From contig NZQV01000020.1 of the NCBI GenBank assembly GCA_002696035.1, positions 14,202 through 46,201 of the forward strand: 32,000 nucleotides of DNA, written 5' to 3'. Every line of letters starts with the position of its first letter. Position 1 is the stretch's first letter. Below the pieces are notes generated by a model that was not told the origin of the DNA, did not search any database, and saw only the letters and a program-made list of their open reading frames with translations. Positions 7,966 to 18,000 of this stretch are shown here, piece after piece. The translations under genes were made by a program, and so were the position numbers. The stretch comes from Balneola sp. Its GTDB lineage: Bacteria > Bacteroidota > Rhodothermia > Balneolales > Balneolaceae.

Positions 7966-8877
7966 TTAACTGAAAAGAGATTTCAGGAATTTCTGATGTT
8001 TCTCCTTGTTCTTGAGTATCAGCAGGGGAATTCCGAATGAGTAATACGTCATTTTATCGGTGAAATCATCCCGCAAAATACTGGTGATCTTCTTGGAAGA
8101 TTTCGCTCCTACAGCGATGAGGTCGGCTTGATTCCGAACAGCTTCATCATAGACGTCATCCCCAAGGCGACCTTCTTTATGAAGCGTTAATACAAAATCC
8201 ACATCGTCTGATATGTCAAACTCAGAAATGAACTCATCTTTCTGTTCTTCAATGTGATTCCGGATTTTATTCTTTTCTTCATCCGAAGGCATATAGGGAA
8301 AGAAGTGAGAGGGATATTTAAAGATGTGCTGGGCAATGACATCGCCTCCGGAAGGTTCAACAAATTTTCGCGACATGTTTACGGAGTTAGCTGATTCCTG
8401 AGAAAAGTCGACGGGTGCCAAAATAGTATTCATGGCATATCGACTGTTTTCGGGAACAAATAAGATGGAAGCCGGAACGTATTTTACGATACGGCGGGCA
8501 ATAACGCCTTCTCCCACATACCCTGTTTTCTTACCCATCATGAGTAAGTCAGGATCAAGAGAGTTCATCATTTCAATGATCTGATCGGTCGGACGCCCCT
8601 CCTTGATGATGATACGGGTCTCAATATCATCCCCTTCAAAGTGCTCTTCTACTTTTTCTTTTAACTCCTTCCGGATCACATCCTCAAAATCCTCGTTGGT
8701 ATCAATATCCGGGAAAAGTTCAACCATTTCCTTGGCAACTTTACTGGATTCAATAACATGCAGAAACGAGATTGTTTTCGGCTTAATTACAGATGTTAAA
8801 AATTTAGTGTATCCAACCATGATGTCATCCATTTTGGATAGGTCTAAACAAACAAACCAGTGATCAAAATTCTTCAT
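7966..8877 (-). CDS. universal stress protein family protein (tandem Usp domains)
   Basis: 303 aa made of two Usp-like halves. Each begins with a buried beta-strand motif (HWFVCLDLS... and ILAPVDFSQES...) and ends with a nucleotide-binding-like G-x-x-G region (LLMMGKKTGYVGEG; LIAVGAKSSKK). It lies 13 nt downstream of the BCCT gene, so they are probably co-transcribed. Confidence 0.8.
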   Translation of the reverse strand: MKNFDHWFVCLDLSKMDDIMVGYTKFLTSVIKPKTISFLHVIESSKVAKEMVELFPDIDTNEDFEDVIRKELKEKVEEHFEGDDIETRIIIKEGRPTDQIIEMMNSLDPDLLMMGKKTGYVGEGVIARRIVKYVPASILFVPENSRYAMNTILAPVDFSQESANSVNMSRKFVEPSGGDVIAQHIFKYPSHFFPYMPSDEEKNKIRNHIEEQKDEFISEFDISDDVDFVLTLHKEGRLGDDVYDEAVRNQADLIAVGAKSSKKITSILRDDFTDKMTYYSFGIPLLILKNKEKHQKFLKSLFS

Positions 8878-8890
8878 AGTGGTGTACCTC

Positions 8891-10510
8891 CTAATTATTT
8901 TCTTTTTGGTTTTTGATGGTCTCTTTAACCAGCTTCTTATAGTCTTCGCGCTCTTTGTCTTTTACCAACTCATGTTTTTCGCGGTATTCACGTTTCAATC
9001 CCTGTTGCAGGCTGTAACACATTAACAACAAGATTAGCACGAATGGAAGACCTGTACTGATGGATGCGGTTTGAAGCGCACTTAGTCCTCCACCAATAAG
9101 TAAGATGGCAGCCACAAGTCCCTCTGTTTGAGCCCAGAAAATTCGCTGCCCAACGGGCGCATCCAGTTTACCACCACTGGTGAGACCATCGATCACGAGT
9201 GAGCCGGAATCGGATGAGGTTACAAAGAAGCTCAGAATCAGGACGATAGCGATCACAGAGGTGATCATACCAAGTGGGAACTGTTCGAGGAAGACGAAAA
9301 GAGCGGTAGCCACATTGCTGTTAACAGCATCGCCGATGTTTCCAATTCCTGCCATTTCAAGGCTAATGGCTGAGCCGCCAAAAGCAGACATCCATAAAAA
9401 GGTAATGAGACTCGGAACAATGAGCACACCCAGAACGAATTCTTTGACGGTTCGCCCTTTTGAAATTCGGGCAATAAACATCCCAACATAAGGTGACCAG
9501 GAGATCCACCACGCCCAGTAAAAGATAGTCCAGGAATTTTGCCAGTTTGATTGCGCATACGATTCAGTCCAGAAACTAAAGGTGCTCACGGAGCTTAAAT
9601 AACCACCAAAATTCTGAACAAAAGAATCCATGATGAAAATAGTTGGTCCAACAAATATCATGAAGATCAGAAATAGTGCGGCGATCCGGACATTCAATTC
9701 ACTTAAAACCCGAACCCCTTTATCAATTCCCAAAACCACAGAAACAGTTGCAACCCCGGTAATGGCTACAATAATACCGACCTGCAGGTAGATGTTATCG
9801 GGCAGGCCAAAAACGTGATCGAGGCCGGCACTTACCTGAAGTACGCCGAGTCCCAGTGATGTAGCAAGGCCAAATAAAGTGGCTAAAACAGCGAGGATGT
9901 CAATAACATCGCCCATCCAGCCTTTGATGCGGTCTCCGATCAGGGGGTAGAAAACTGAACGGAATGAAAGCGGAAGCCCGCGGTTAAAAGCAAAGAAACC
10001 AAGGGACAGACCCACTACGGCATAAATAGCCCAGGCATGAAAACCCCAGTGAAGGTAGGTTAAATTCATGGCTTGCTGAGCGGCTTCAACGGATTCAGCA
10101 TCTGCCATTGGGGGAGATAAAAAATGAAAAATAGGTTCGGCCACCGACCAGAACATGATCCCGATTCCCATACCTGCACTAAACAACATGGCAAACCAGG
10201 CGAGGGTACTAAAGTCGGTTTCCGCATCATCTCCCCCCAAACGGATACTGCCAAACCGGCTAAATGCGATATACAGCGAAAAGACGATAAATACATTCAC
10301 AGCTATAACAAAAAGCCAGCCGGCGTTATTTGTGATCGTTGATTGAATAGTGCTAAACAGTTCTTCAGCCCGATCACCAAGTAACAATGTGCTAACGATC
10401 ATGGCCGTTATTAAAATTACCGACGGCCAAAAAACGGGTTTATGTATATCAAAATATTTATTAATGCCTGTCTTTTTTGCAGGCTCTTTTTCTTCTCCAC
10501 GTATTGCCAT
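8891..10510 (-). CDS. BCCT-family (betaine/carnitine/choline) osmolyte transporter
   Basis: 539 aa and polytopic. It has the BCCT signature region WTIFYWAWWISWSPYVGMFIARISKGRTVKEF plus GMGIGIMFWSVAEP. Confidence 0.93.
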   Translation of the reverse strand: MAIRGEEKEPAKKTGINKYFDIHKPVFWPSVILITAMIVSTLLLGDRAEELFSTIQSTITNNAGWLFVIAVNVFIVFSLYIAFSRFGSIRLGGDDAETDFSTLAWFAMLFSAGMGIGIMFWSVAEPIFHFLSPPMADAESVEAAQQAMNLTYLHWGFHAWAIYAVVGLSLGFFAFNRGLPLSFRSVFYPLIGDRIKGWMGDVIDILAVLATLFGLATSLGLGVLQVSAGLDHVFGLPDNIYLQVGIIVAITGVATVSVVLGIDKGVRVLSELNVRIAALFLIFMIFVGPTIFIMDSFVQNFGGYLSSVSTFSFWTESYAQSNWQNSWTIFYWAWWISWSPYVGMFIARISKGRTVKEFVLGVLIVPSLITFLWMSAFGGSAISLEMAGIGNIGDAVNSNVATALFVFLEQFPLGMITSVIAIVLILSFFVTSSDSGSLVIDGLTSGGKLDAPVGQRIFWAQTEGLVAAILLIGGGLSALQTASISTGLPFVLILLLMCYSLQQGLKREYREKHELVKDKEREDYKKLVKETIKNQKENN

Positions 10511-10887
10511 AATCGTGTCTTTAAGAGGTTAAAATTAACTACTTATAAAACAGATTCAGGTTTGTATTAGAGCGCAACTTTATAACAAGAACAATTATCC
10601 CGAATTGTGTATCGATGGGTTGATCAAAACATAAACTACCATCATTAATTTAAGTTTTGTGCAGAACTACAGTATACAAAGAAATTACCTAGGCTATAAT
10701 TCCATATGCAATGATTAATTTTTTACTTAAGCCTATATGCATTTTAATTAATAATCTTTTTTAAAGACAGCACATTGTGAACTTCTGGCAAGGGGTTAAG
10801 GAGCAGAAATATGGTATCTAACGGTAAGAGTTGAAGTTTTGAATTGAATAGTGTTAATTCAGTTCGAATTAAGGGGTTATATATACA

Positions 10888-11895
10888 ATGCTGACTAAAA
10901 CGTTGATTCAAGCTTTACAAGGGGATGAACGCGCAACAGATCAATTGTGCATCCAGTTTCGGTATATAGCCGTTGCTTATCTGCGGTCTAAAGCTAAATC
11001 CAAAGACTTTTTGCTAGATCATTTATACAAGAATATTGATGACCTGGCATTGGACTGTATTGCCGATCTATTTGGAAGGTCAAATCAATGTCTGCAAAGT
11101 ATTGAGGCATTTTTAACCCTTGACCAGATCAAAGAAATGAGTGAAAGTGAGGTTCAAACAAAAGTTCGTCAACTTATTTTTAGTAAAGTAAATGATGGAC
11201 TGTATCAGAACTTCCAAAAATTGGATCCATCACTATCCCGAATAATTCGAAACCTGAAAAGAACGCTTGATGAGGATAAGGTCGCGGGACTAAACTATGA
11301 TCCAAGATCAGGTGAGATAGTAATTTCAGGTGAGAACCATTCCCTTCCGAATATGCCGGATGAAATTCTGGAGATCAAGATTTCCGCAAGGTTTTCTGAG
11401 ATCAAGAACAGTGTTGATGCGATCAAGGCACTTGCTTTTATAATCAGAGAAGCTGAAGAATACTCATCCAAAATAAAATTGGTCAATTTTGCTGTACTAC
11501 TGAGGAAAGTTTCTGCATACCGGCTTGAAAATGAAGTGGAGAACCTGACCTTGAAAGCGGGTGAGGAATACGATAGAACACATCTGAAAAAGATCCTGAC
11601 TGAATGTATAGCTACGGAAAGGATACATCTGCAAAAAACGTATGTGGAATCAAAAAAAGTAGATAAGAACCTTTTTGAAAAATATATGAGGGCAACCGAA
11701 AAGATATTAATAGCAGAATTTATTTCTGCATTGCCCCGGGAAGGATACTTTGAACATGTTGAATACTATCTGCCGGAATTAGATTATGGGAGATATAGAG
11801 CCGGGCACCGCCAAATTTTCGAATATATAGTGAAGAAAGTACGGGAACAGTTTTTAGCCCGAGTCAAAAAAGCAAAAAATTTCAGCAATACATAG
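10888..11895 (+). CDS. hypothetical protein with a sigma-70 region-2-like N-terminus (function unknown)
   Basis: 335-aa ORF with no competing frame and an ATG start after a 377-bp AT-rich intergenic region. The N-terminus LIQALQGDERATDQLCIQFRYIAVAYLRSKAKS...DDLALDCIADLF resembles the opening of ECF sigma factors (LI.RAQ.GD..AF..L...Y......A). The remainder is helical with no motif I recognise. Confidence 0.55.
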   Translation: MLTKTLIQALQGDERATDQLCIQFRYIAVAYLRSKAKSKDFLLDHLYKNIDDLALDCIADLFGRSNQCLQSIEAFLTLDQIKEMSESEVQTKVRQLIFSKVNDGLYQNFQKLDPSLSRIIRNLKRTLDEDKVAGLNYDPRSGEIVISGENHSLPNMPDEILEIKISARFSEIKNSVDAIKALAFIIREAEEYSSKIKLVNFAVLLRKVSAYRLENEVENLTLKAGEEYDRTHLKKILTECIATERIHLQKTYVESKKVDKNLFEKYMRATEKILIAEFISALPREGYFEHVEYYLPELDYGRYRAGHRQIFEYIVKKVREQFLARVKKAKNFSNT

Positions 11896-11947
11896 CTTTG
11901 GTAATGATGCAGTATAAAGTTGAGACAAGAACAATAGAAAGCAGCCT

Positions 11948-12703
11948 TTGAAGAAAATAAGTGAACATAGCATAGAGCAGTATATCAGGTTTTCCGATGA
12001 ATTAAGTTCAGCAAGAAAGCGGGAAATCAAACAAGTGATCGATCAATCAGAAGAACTGCAAGCGACCTATCAGTTTTTGTTGAGCTATTATGAAGAACTG
12101 GACAGGGTTTTCGGGGTGCAACCTTTTGTCTTTCCTTTAAAGCCTCTGCAGCTTAAAGAAAGAAGTGCAGGACCCGTTGTGCTGGCTGCAATGACATCCG
12201 CACAAGAAAGATCGATGCTGCAAACGAGAGTTACATTGGTGTCAGAGGAAAATAATAGGGTGGTAAGAGTCCTCGAAAACGAAAGAGATAACTGTTTGCA
12301 ATTTCATGTTATTTCGGAAAAAGAAGGGCAGAATGAACGGGTGATACTGTCTTTGGTGAAACCAGAGATCGACCTCGTTACCGATGAATTTGGTAAACTG
12401 AAAGGGGTTCGGGATCTGAGTAATATTGATTGGAACTCCATCTATTCCGTGCTTAGGGTGCCGGGTTTAAAATTAGAAATAGATCCTGAATACCACTCTT
12501 TTCCAGTGGCAGATCATTCAAAAGTGCAATTAAGTTTTGATGGCAAAAAGATCGAGATCAGCGTAGCGCATTGTGATAACGATTATTCAAGAATATTACT
12601 GGTTCAAAAGGGATCTACGGAACTTCAGATTGTGACAGCGAATAAAGTTGTATTCAATCTGGAGGCTAACGACAAACCTTTCTCCCTATATTTTTATGAA
12701 TGA
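11948..12703 (+). CDS. hypothetical soluble protein with an anti-sigma-like N-terminal helix (function unknown)
   Basis: 251 aa, with a TTG start as called by the track and no in-frame ATG nearby. The N-terminus IEQYIRFSDELSSARKREIKQVIDQSEELQATYQFL follows the spacing of anti-sigma N-terminal domains (L..YLDGEL...E...VE.HL..C..C...L) but lacks the His/Cys zinc ligands. It has no TM segment and the C-terminal part looks beta-rich. Confidence 0.5.
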   Translation: MKKISEHSIEQYIRFSDELSSARKREIKQVIDQSEELQATYQFLLSYYEELDRVFGVQPFVFPLKPLQLKERSAGPVVLAAMTSAQERSMLQTRVTLVSEENNRVVRVLENERDNCLQFHVISEKEGQNERVILSLVKPEIDLVTDEFGKLKGVRDLSNIDWNSIYSVLRVPGLKLEIDPEYHSFPVADHSKVQLSFDGKKIEISVAHCDNDYSRILLVQKGSTELQIVTANKVVFNLEANDKPFSLYFYE

Positions 12704-12728
12704 CCATTAATGCTTCAGCTTCAACAAA

Positions 12729-14879
12729 TTGGATCCCATTAAAATTGAAAAGCTATTCCACAAAATAATTGCTGATATAAAGCGTGCGGGATCTGAGCGG
12801 GTACAACTTTTCTTTATTCATGAATTTATTCTGGCACTCCAAAATAAATACAGGACCTACGACAGCTACCTGATCCAGCTTTTTGAGTTATTCCCTGCCT
12901 TAGAACATCCCCTCCTGTTTACCGGATTGAAACCGGAAGTCTTGAAAGTGGTTATACGGGATTGTGAGGAAGTGATCTCCGAGATCCCCGAGCTGAATGA
13001 AAGTAATGCAAAATTGCTGCGAAAAGTAGACCATTTAAAAGCAGGTTTAGACCAGATTCACGATTGGCTTGGGATCGACGATGAACCCCGTGAAGGGAGT
13101 CATATACCTTCTTTAAAAAGTTCTGAGGAACCAGGCCCGGAAAATGAAAGGAATACCGGAGAAGTTTTTATTCCGGTAGTTGAAGCTTCAGGGAAATTTG
13201 AAGCTAAAGGGCAGCTTCGGAAGCTGAAAGTAGAAGTTGTAGGCGAGTCGGGGTCTGGCCATTTTGAGCTGCGTCCGGTCTTTGGGGTGATAGGTGCACA
13301 AACAGGTGAGCTCGGGAAAAAACCTGCAAAAGCAGCCGGCATTCTGCTTAAAGAACACATCGAAACTCCAAAATTGTGGAAAGGAACTGCGCAGTTTGAA
13401 ATGACGCATACATGGCATGCAGGAAATTCGGCAAATGTAGCTTTATCAGGGTTATTCTATTGTGAGATGTTAAGAGCGGAAAAAAGGAGGGAATATTTTA
13501 GATTGAATCCCGGTATTGCCATCACAGGAGATATCAATGAAAAAGGGGAAGTGGTTGAGGTAGATGGTCCAACTTTAAAGCAAAAAGTTGCTGCAGCATT
13601 TTTTTCATGGGCGCAGGTTCTGGTAGTTCCCTATCAGCAATTTGAGCAAGCAGAAAAGTACATAACCCGGCTGAACAAGGCATATCCAAACCGGAATTTG
13701 GTGCTAAAAGGTATCGGGCATTTACGTGAGCTGTTCTTTGATCGCAGGCTGAGTCTTCATACAAAAACATCCCTGATAGAACATACAGCTCAAAGGTTAT
13801 GGAAAAAGAAATACAGTGCTGTTGCGGTGATAACTATTATCGTCTTGCTGGGCATTATTGGCCGATTGATCTACGGGCCGGTTGACAAGAATCCTGTTTC
13901 CGTGAATTTTGCGGGAGCGTATGCAGTACTGGAAAATAAAAGTGGGTTGAAGGTTGGGAGTATTCATTTTGGAGAAAGAGATATTGATCTGATCAATAAT
14001 ACGAACAGTTCGATTATTGATTTTTATGATATCTCCGGGGATGGTTTGAACGAAGTGATATATGCAAAGAAGCTCGGAAATTATAGCGAAGGTAGTGCAG
14101 TGATAGAGGCACGCTCAGTAACTACAGATACAACATTGTGGAGCACAGAATTCAATTTTGATATTGATTTTCCAAAACAACAAGGCATGGAGAATCTATA
14201 TTTTCACGTATCTGAACTTAAGATTACATCAGATAAAAAGGGTGTCCCAAAATTAATGGTTATGGGTGATGCGGGAGTCTCTTTTCCCGGAATATTAGCC
14301 AAATACGACCTGTTGACTGGAGTGCTGGAAAGCTATTATCTGCATGTTGGCGACCTTGGGGATATGCTTCTGGCCGATATTGATGAGGACGGAGTGGATG
14401 AAGTTCTGATGGTGGGCATCAACAATGCATACTGGATGGCAAGCCTGATCATCCTGGATCTGGATTCCATTTCGGGTCACTCTCCCACCAAAGGAGATTA
14501 CATCCCTGCTAATAGCGATGTATCTTCGGGACAAACATATGTGCTATTCCCAAAAACCATTGTAGGGCAAGCATTCGATCAAATTTACAAATATAACAGT
14601 GGCAGACGAGTAGCCCACCGAAAAGAAAAGCAGATCATTGCTGTGGAAATATTTGATACACCCCGGCAGAATTTTATGGGGGTGGTAAGTCAGGGCTACC
14701 TGATCTATGAATTCGATTACGATCTAAACATCAAAAGCATCATAAGCAGTGATGATTACGATGTAACCGCCCGAAATTTATATGAAGAAGGGCATATCCC
14801 TTTTATACCTGACTATGAATATTGGGAGGGATTTAGGGATTCGGTGTTGGTATGGGGTAGTGGTTTGGGAGATCTATAA
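12729..14879 (+). CDS. bitopic membrane protein: cytoplasmic Lon-type (S16-like) Ser-Lys peptidase domain, TM helix, periplasmic FG-GAP/VCBS-like domain
   Basis: 716 aa with a TTG start. Residues about 145-335 align by eye to the Lon proteolytic domain: WHAGNSANVALSGLF matches DGPSAG.A...AL.S, with Ser234 at nt 13428..13430. IAITGDINEKGEVVEVDGPTLKQKVAAAFFSWAQVLVVP matches VAMTGEITLRG.VLPIGGLKEKLLAA.R.GI..VIIP, with Lys284. There is a single TM helix, AVAVITIIVLLGIIGRLIY (nt 13815..13877). The C-terminal ~330 aa carry DxDxDGxxE-type motifs DISGDGLNEV and DIDEDGVDEV. Confidence 0.6.
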   Translation: MDPIKIEKLFHKIIADIKRAGSERVQLFFIHEFILALQNKYRTYDSYLIQLFELFPALEHPLLFTGLKPEVLKVVIRDCEEVISEIPELNESNAKLLRKVDHLKAGLDQIHDWLGIDDEPREGSHIPSLKSSEEPGPENERNTGEVFIPVVEASGKFEAKGQLRKLKVEVVGESGSGHFELRPVFGVIGAQTGELGKKPAKAAGILLKEHIETPKLWKGTAQFEMTHTWHAGNSANVALSGLFYCEMLRAEKRREYFRLNPGIAITGDINEKGEVVEVDGPTLKQKVAAAFFSWAQVLVVPYQQFEQAEKYITRLNKAYPNRNLVLKGIGHLRELFFDRRLSLHTKTSLIEHTAQRLWKKKYSAVAVITIIVLLGIIGRLIYGPVDKNPVSVNFAGAYAVLENKSGLKVGSIHFGERDIDLINNTNSSIIDFYDISGDGLNEVIYAKKLGNYSEGSAVIEARSVTTDTTLWSTEFNFDIDFPKQQGMENLYFHVSELKITSDKKGVPKLMVMGDAGVSFPGILAKYDLLTGVLESYYLHVGDLGDMLLADIDEDGVDEVLMVGINNAYWMASLIILDLDSISGHSPTKGDYIPANSDVSSGQTYVLFPKTIVGQAFDQIYKYNSGRRVAHRKEKQIIAVEIFDTPRQNFMGVVSQGYLIYEFDYDLNIKSIISSDDYDVTARNLYEEGHIPFIPDYEYWEGFRDSVLVWGSGLGDL

Positions 14880-15077
14880 TTCATTTCACTTTAAAAATGA
14901 TGTTGATCAAATAACCTCAATAAATACTACATACTCATGTGGTGCAATGTGTTGGAAATTTTTTGTACTTAAATACATCTCATATTTGAAGAATGGTTAA
15001 AGACGCTATTCGGGGTCTCATTCATAAGGGGTAAAGAATAATATGGGGGTATAACACTAATTAAATGGGGACATGAT

Positions 15078-18000
15078 ATGTTGGGCAAAAAAAGATACAA
15101 ACTTAGTAAGGTGTGGGCTTTTCTATTCGTTTTGATGGGAATGGGATTAACTGCCAACGCACAAATGGTAACGGGAACTGATACGCTTTTCTATGACACC
15201 GAAACCTCATCATGGGACTTCTATGATTTTTCACATGCAACAGCTTTTGGGATTGATGATACAGCTTCTTTCGATGCAGATATTCGGGGTAGTAGTAATG
15301 AAGGGGGGAGTTTTGGTAGAGAGTATTCTCCAGAAGTATTGGAGAATCGTCTGTATTTGATTGGGGATGGAGGTCTGGATACAGCAGTTACAGTTCCTGA
15401 ATGGGTTGATGGTTCGCCGTGGGTAAGTGACGCCTGGCAAGCAAATGGAGGCCAACCAATAGTGACAGATCGTCTGTGGGCGATATATACTCAGGAAGGG
15501 ACTTATGCAATTATAGAATTCACTGAAATAGTAAGTGGAAACTATTATGTATTCGATTATAAATACCAAAGCGATGGTTCCAGAAATTTTGAAGAAGCTG
15601 ATTTTGGTGGAGGATCTTCAGGAATCGTAGAAGGATCGGCAACTAGTTCGAGCGGTAGTGGTTTTGATTTTTCAAGAGAAGAGACAGCAGACAATCATGA
15701 TGCCGGAGATTACCTGGTAGATTTTGTTTTTGTAAATAATGAAGGCGTAAATTTTGGGAACGAAGGAAGTGGATCTATTGATAGTACTGGTCGCCGGTTC
15801 CTGTTGTTGGGTGAGGGTAGTATTGATGAAGTTCAGGAAGTTCCTGCTAGAACGGATGCTGAACCGTGGGTTACGGTGTCATACGATGCTACCGGTTATC
15901 AACCCATTTCAGTAGGTCAGCTTTGGGCCGTATATACCCGCGAGGGAAATTATGGGGTCATAGAAATTACCGATCTGCCGGGTGGTGACTTTGGCAGTTC
16001 ATTTAATTTTAACTATAAATACCTGGATGATGGCAGCCGTGATTTTGGGGGAAGTGGAGATACCGGAGATCCGATACCAGATGTGATCACAATTGCTGAA
16101 GCACGGAATCTGGCCCCGGGCGAATTAGTAACCATTAAGGGTATTGTAACAAGTGCGAATAGAATTTATTCCAACATTCAGCAAGATACCGCGGGAATCT
16201 TAACCTACACCCCTTCGGGAGAAAATGTATCCGGTGATTATTTTAATGCCATTGAAAACGGAGATGTTGCTATAGGTGATTCTATAAGGATTACAGCCTA
16301 CCGAGAAGATTTTCAGGGCCAAAAAGAGCTGTTGGATTTTGTGGATTTCAATGTTTTTTCCAGAGGGAATCCTTTACCACAAGCCGAACTGCTTACCCTT
16401 GATGAATTCTTTGCTTCGGGAGATAATTATAACCCGGAGCGGATAAGAGTGAACGATCTTAGCATTCCTGGATCAAGTATTTTTGAAAGCGGGAGAACTT
16501 ATATAGCTGTTGAGAATAGTACTGGTAACAATATACGGTTCATTGTGCCACAAGGGAATAACCTGGCTGGAACGGAGATACCCGCCGTTTTTGAATACGA
16601 GGGTATTGCCGGCTATTCTACGGCTTATAGTTATGGTGCCAATCAGCAGCTTTTGGGACTGGAAGAATTTAATATAATTGAAGTTGAACCCCCCATTCCT
16701 TCAGATTCTACGGCTGCTCCTAATGGCAGTTTTGAGTATTCAAGCTTGGGTGAATTTATGGGAGAATCACCCGGCTGGTTTGCCGATTTTGATGCCGATA
16801 CAGGTGCTATGGGGACATTTGAGATCATTGATACCGAATTTCAGGATGGAGAGAAAGCACTCGAAGTTTCTATAAATAGTGTCCATCCGGAAGCGGATCA
16901 CTGGAGCATTCAAGTAGTGAACGAAAAGTTTAATTTGGTTCCCGGGAATCAGTATGAACTTTCGTTCTGGGCAAAATCAGCACAAAGTGGCGCAGTAATA
17001 GGTGGATTTATTCAAAATCAGGACTACGGTAATTTTGGAACTATCGCACAGGAGGAGTTATCTACATCCTGGACAGAGTATAAGACCACATTTGTAGCAA
17101 ATTCTGGAGATACAATAAGTACCGATGATAGTATTGGCCGTGTGGCTATATATTTGAACTACGAGGCAAATGAAGGCAAGCAGATCTACATTGATAATCT
17201 TCAGGTTAATGAAATTGAAAGCGGACCCATTGAAGGAGATCTTTATGATGGTGCTCTCACTGGAGCTGAAGGGCAAAGTTATTTTCTGCCTCTAAATATT
17301 GAATTGCTCAATGGCGTTCCTTTAGATGCTTTTGAGATCAAGGTAAATTTTGATCTTTCTTTCACAGAAGTTTCACTGGGAGAACAAGAAGGCACCCATG
17401 CTGATTATTTTGATATTGAAACAAATTCACCTGAACCCGGAGTCTTGCTTATTTCTGGAGCTACGGCAAATGGTATAACAGAATCTGGTCCGTTGATGTA
17501 TTTAGAGATAACAGCCCTGAGCTCAGGCACGGGGTCGATCGAAATTACAGACGTTTTCTTTAACGAAACGAGCATCAATGATGCATCTATCTCATTGGAT
17601 TTTGAAACTGGTTTTGTCTGTGGTGATGTAACCGGAGATTTAAATGTATCTGCCACAGATGCCTCATATGTTTTACGGCATACTGTGAAATTGTCTCCGC
17701 AATATCCATTGACCGGGCAGGATTCTACGGCCGCAGATGTAACCGGCAACGGCTGGATCTCAGCCTATGATGCGTCCCAGATTCTAAAGTATAACGTGGG
17801 CATGCCGGCCATTATGAATTGTGCATCTGCACAAGCTAAAATGGCTCCGCTGGCAGTTCAGGTTGACTGGGATTATTGGTCTGAAGGTGATGAGGGCTCT
17901 GAATATTCCGTTCCACTTAGTTTGAACGACCTTGAGGGAGCACTTACTGCGGCTGAAATACAGATCCCAATGACGGAGGGTTTGAAATTCAAGGGGATAA

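Noticed and set aside
8891-10532. Multiple 60-103-aa ORFs on both strands within the BCCT transporter gene
   Set aside because: They are nested in or antisense to a 539-aa ORF with the BCCT signature. They have no independent support.
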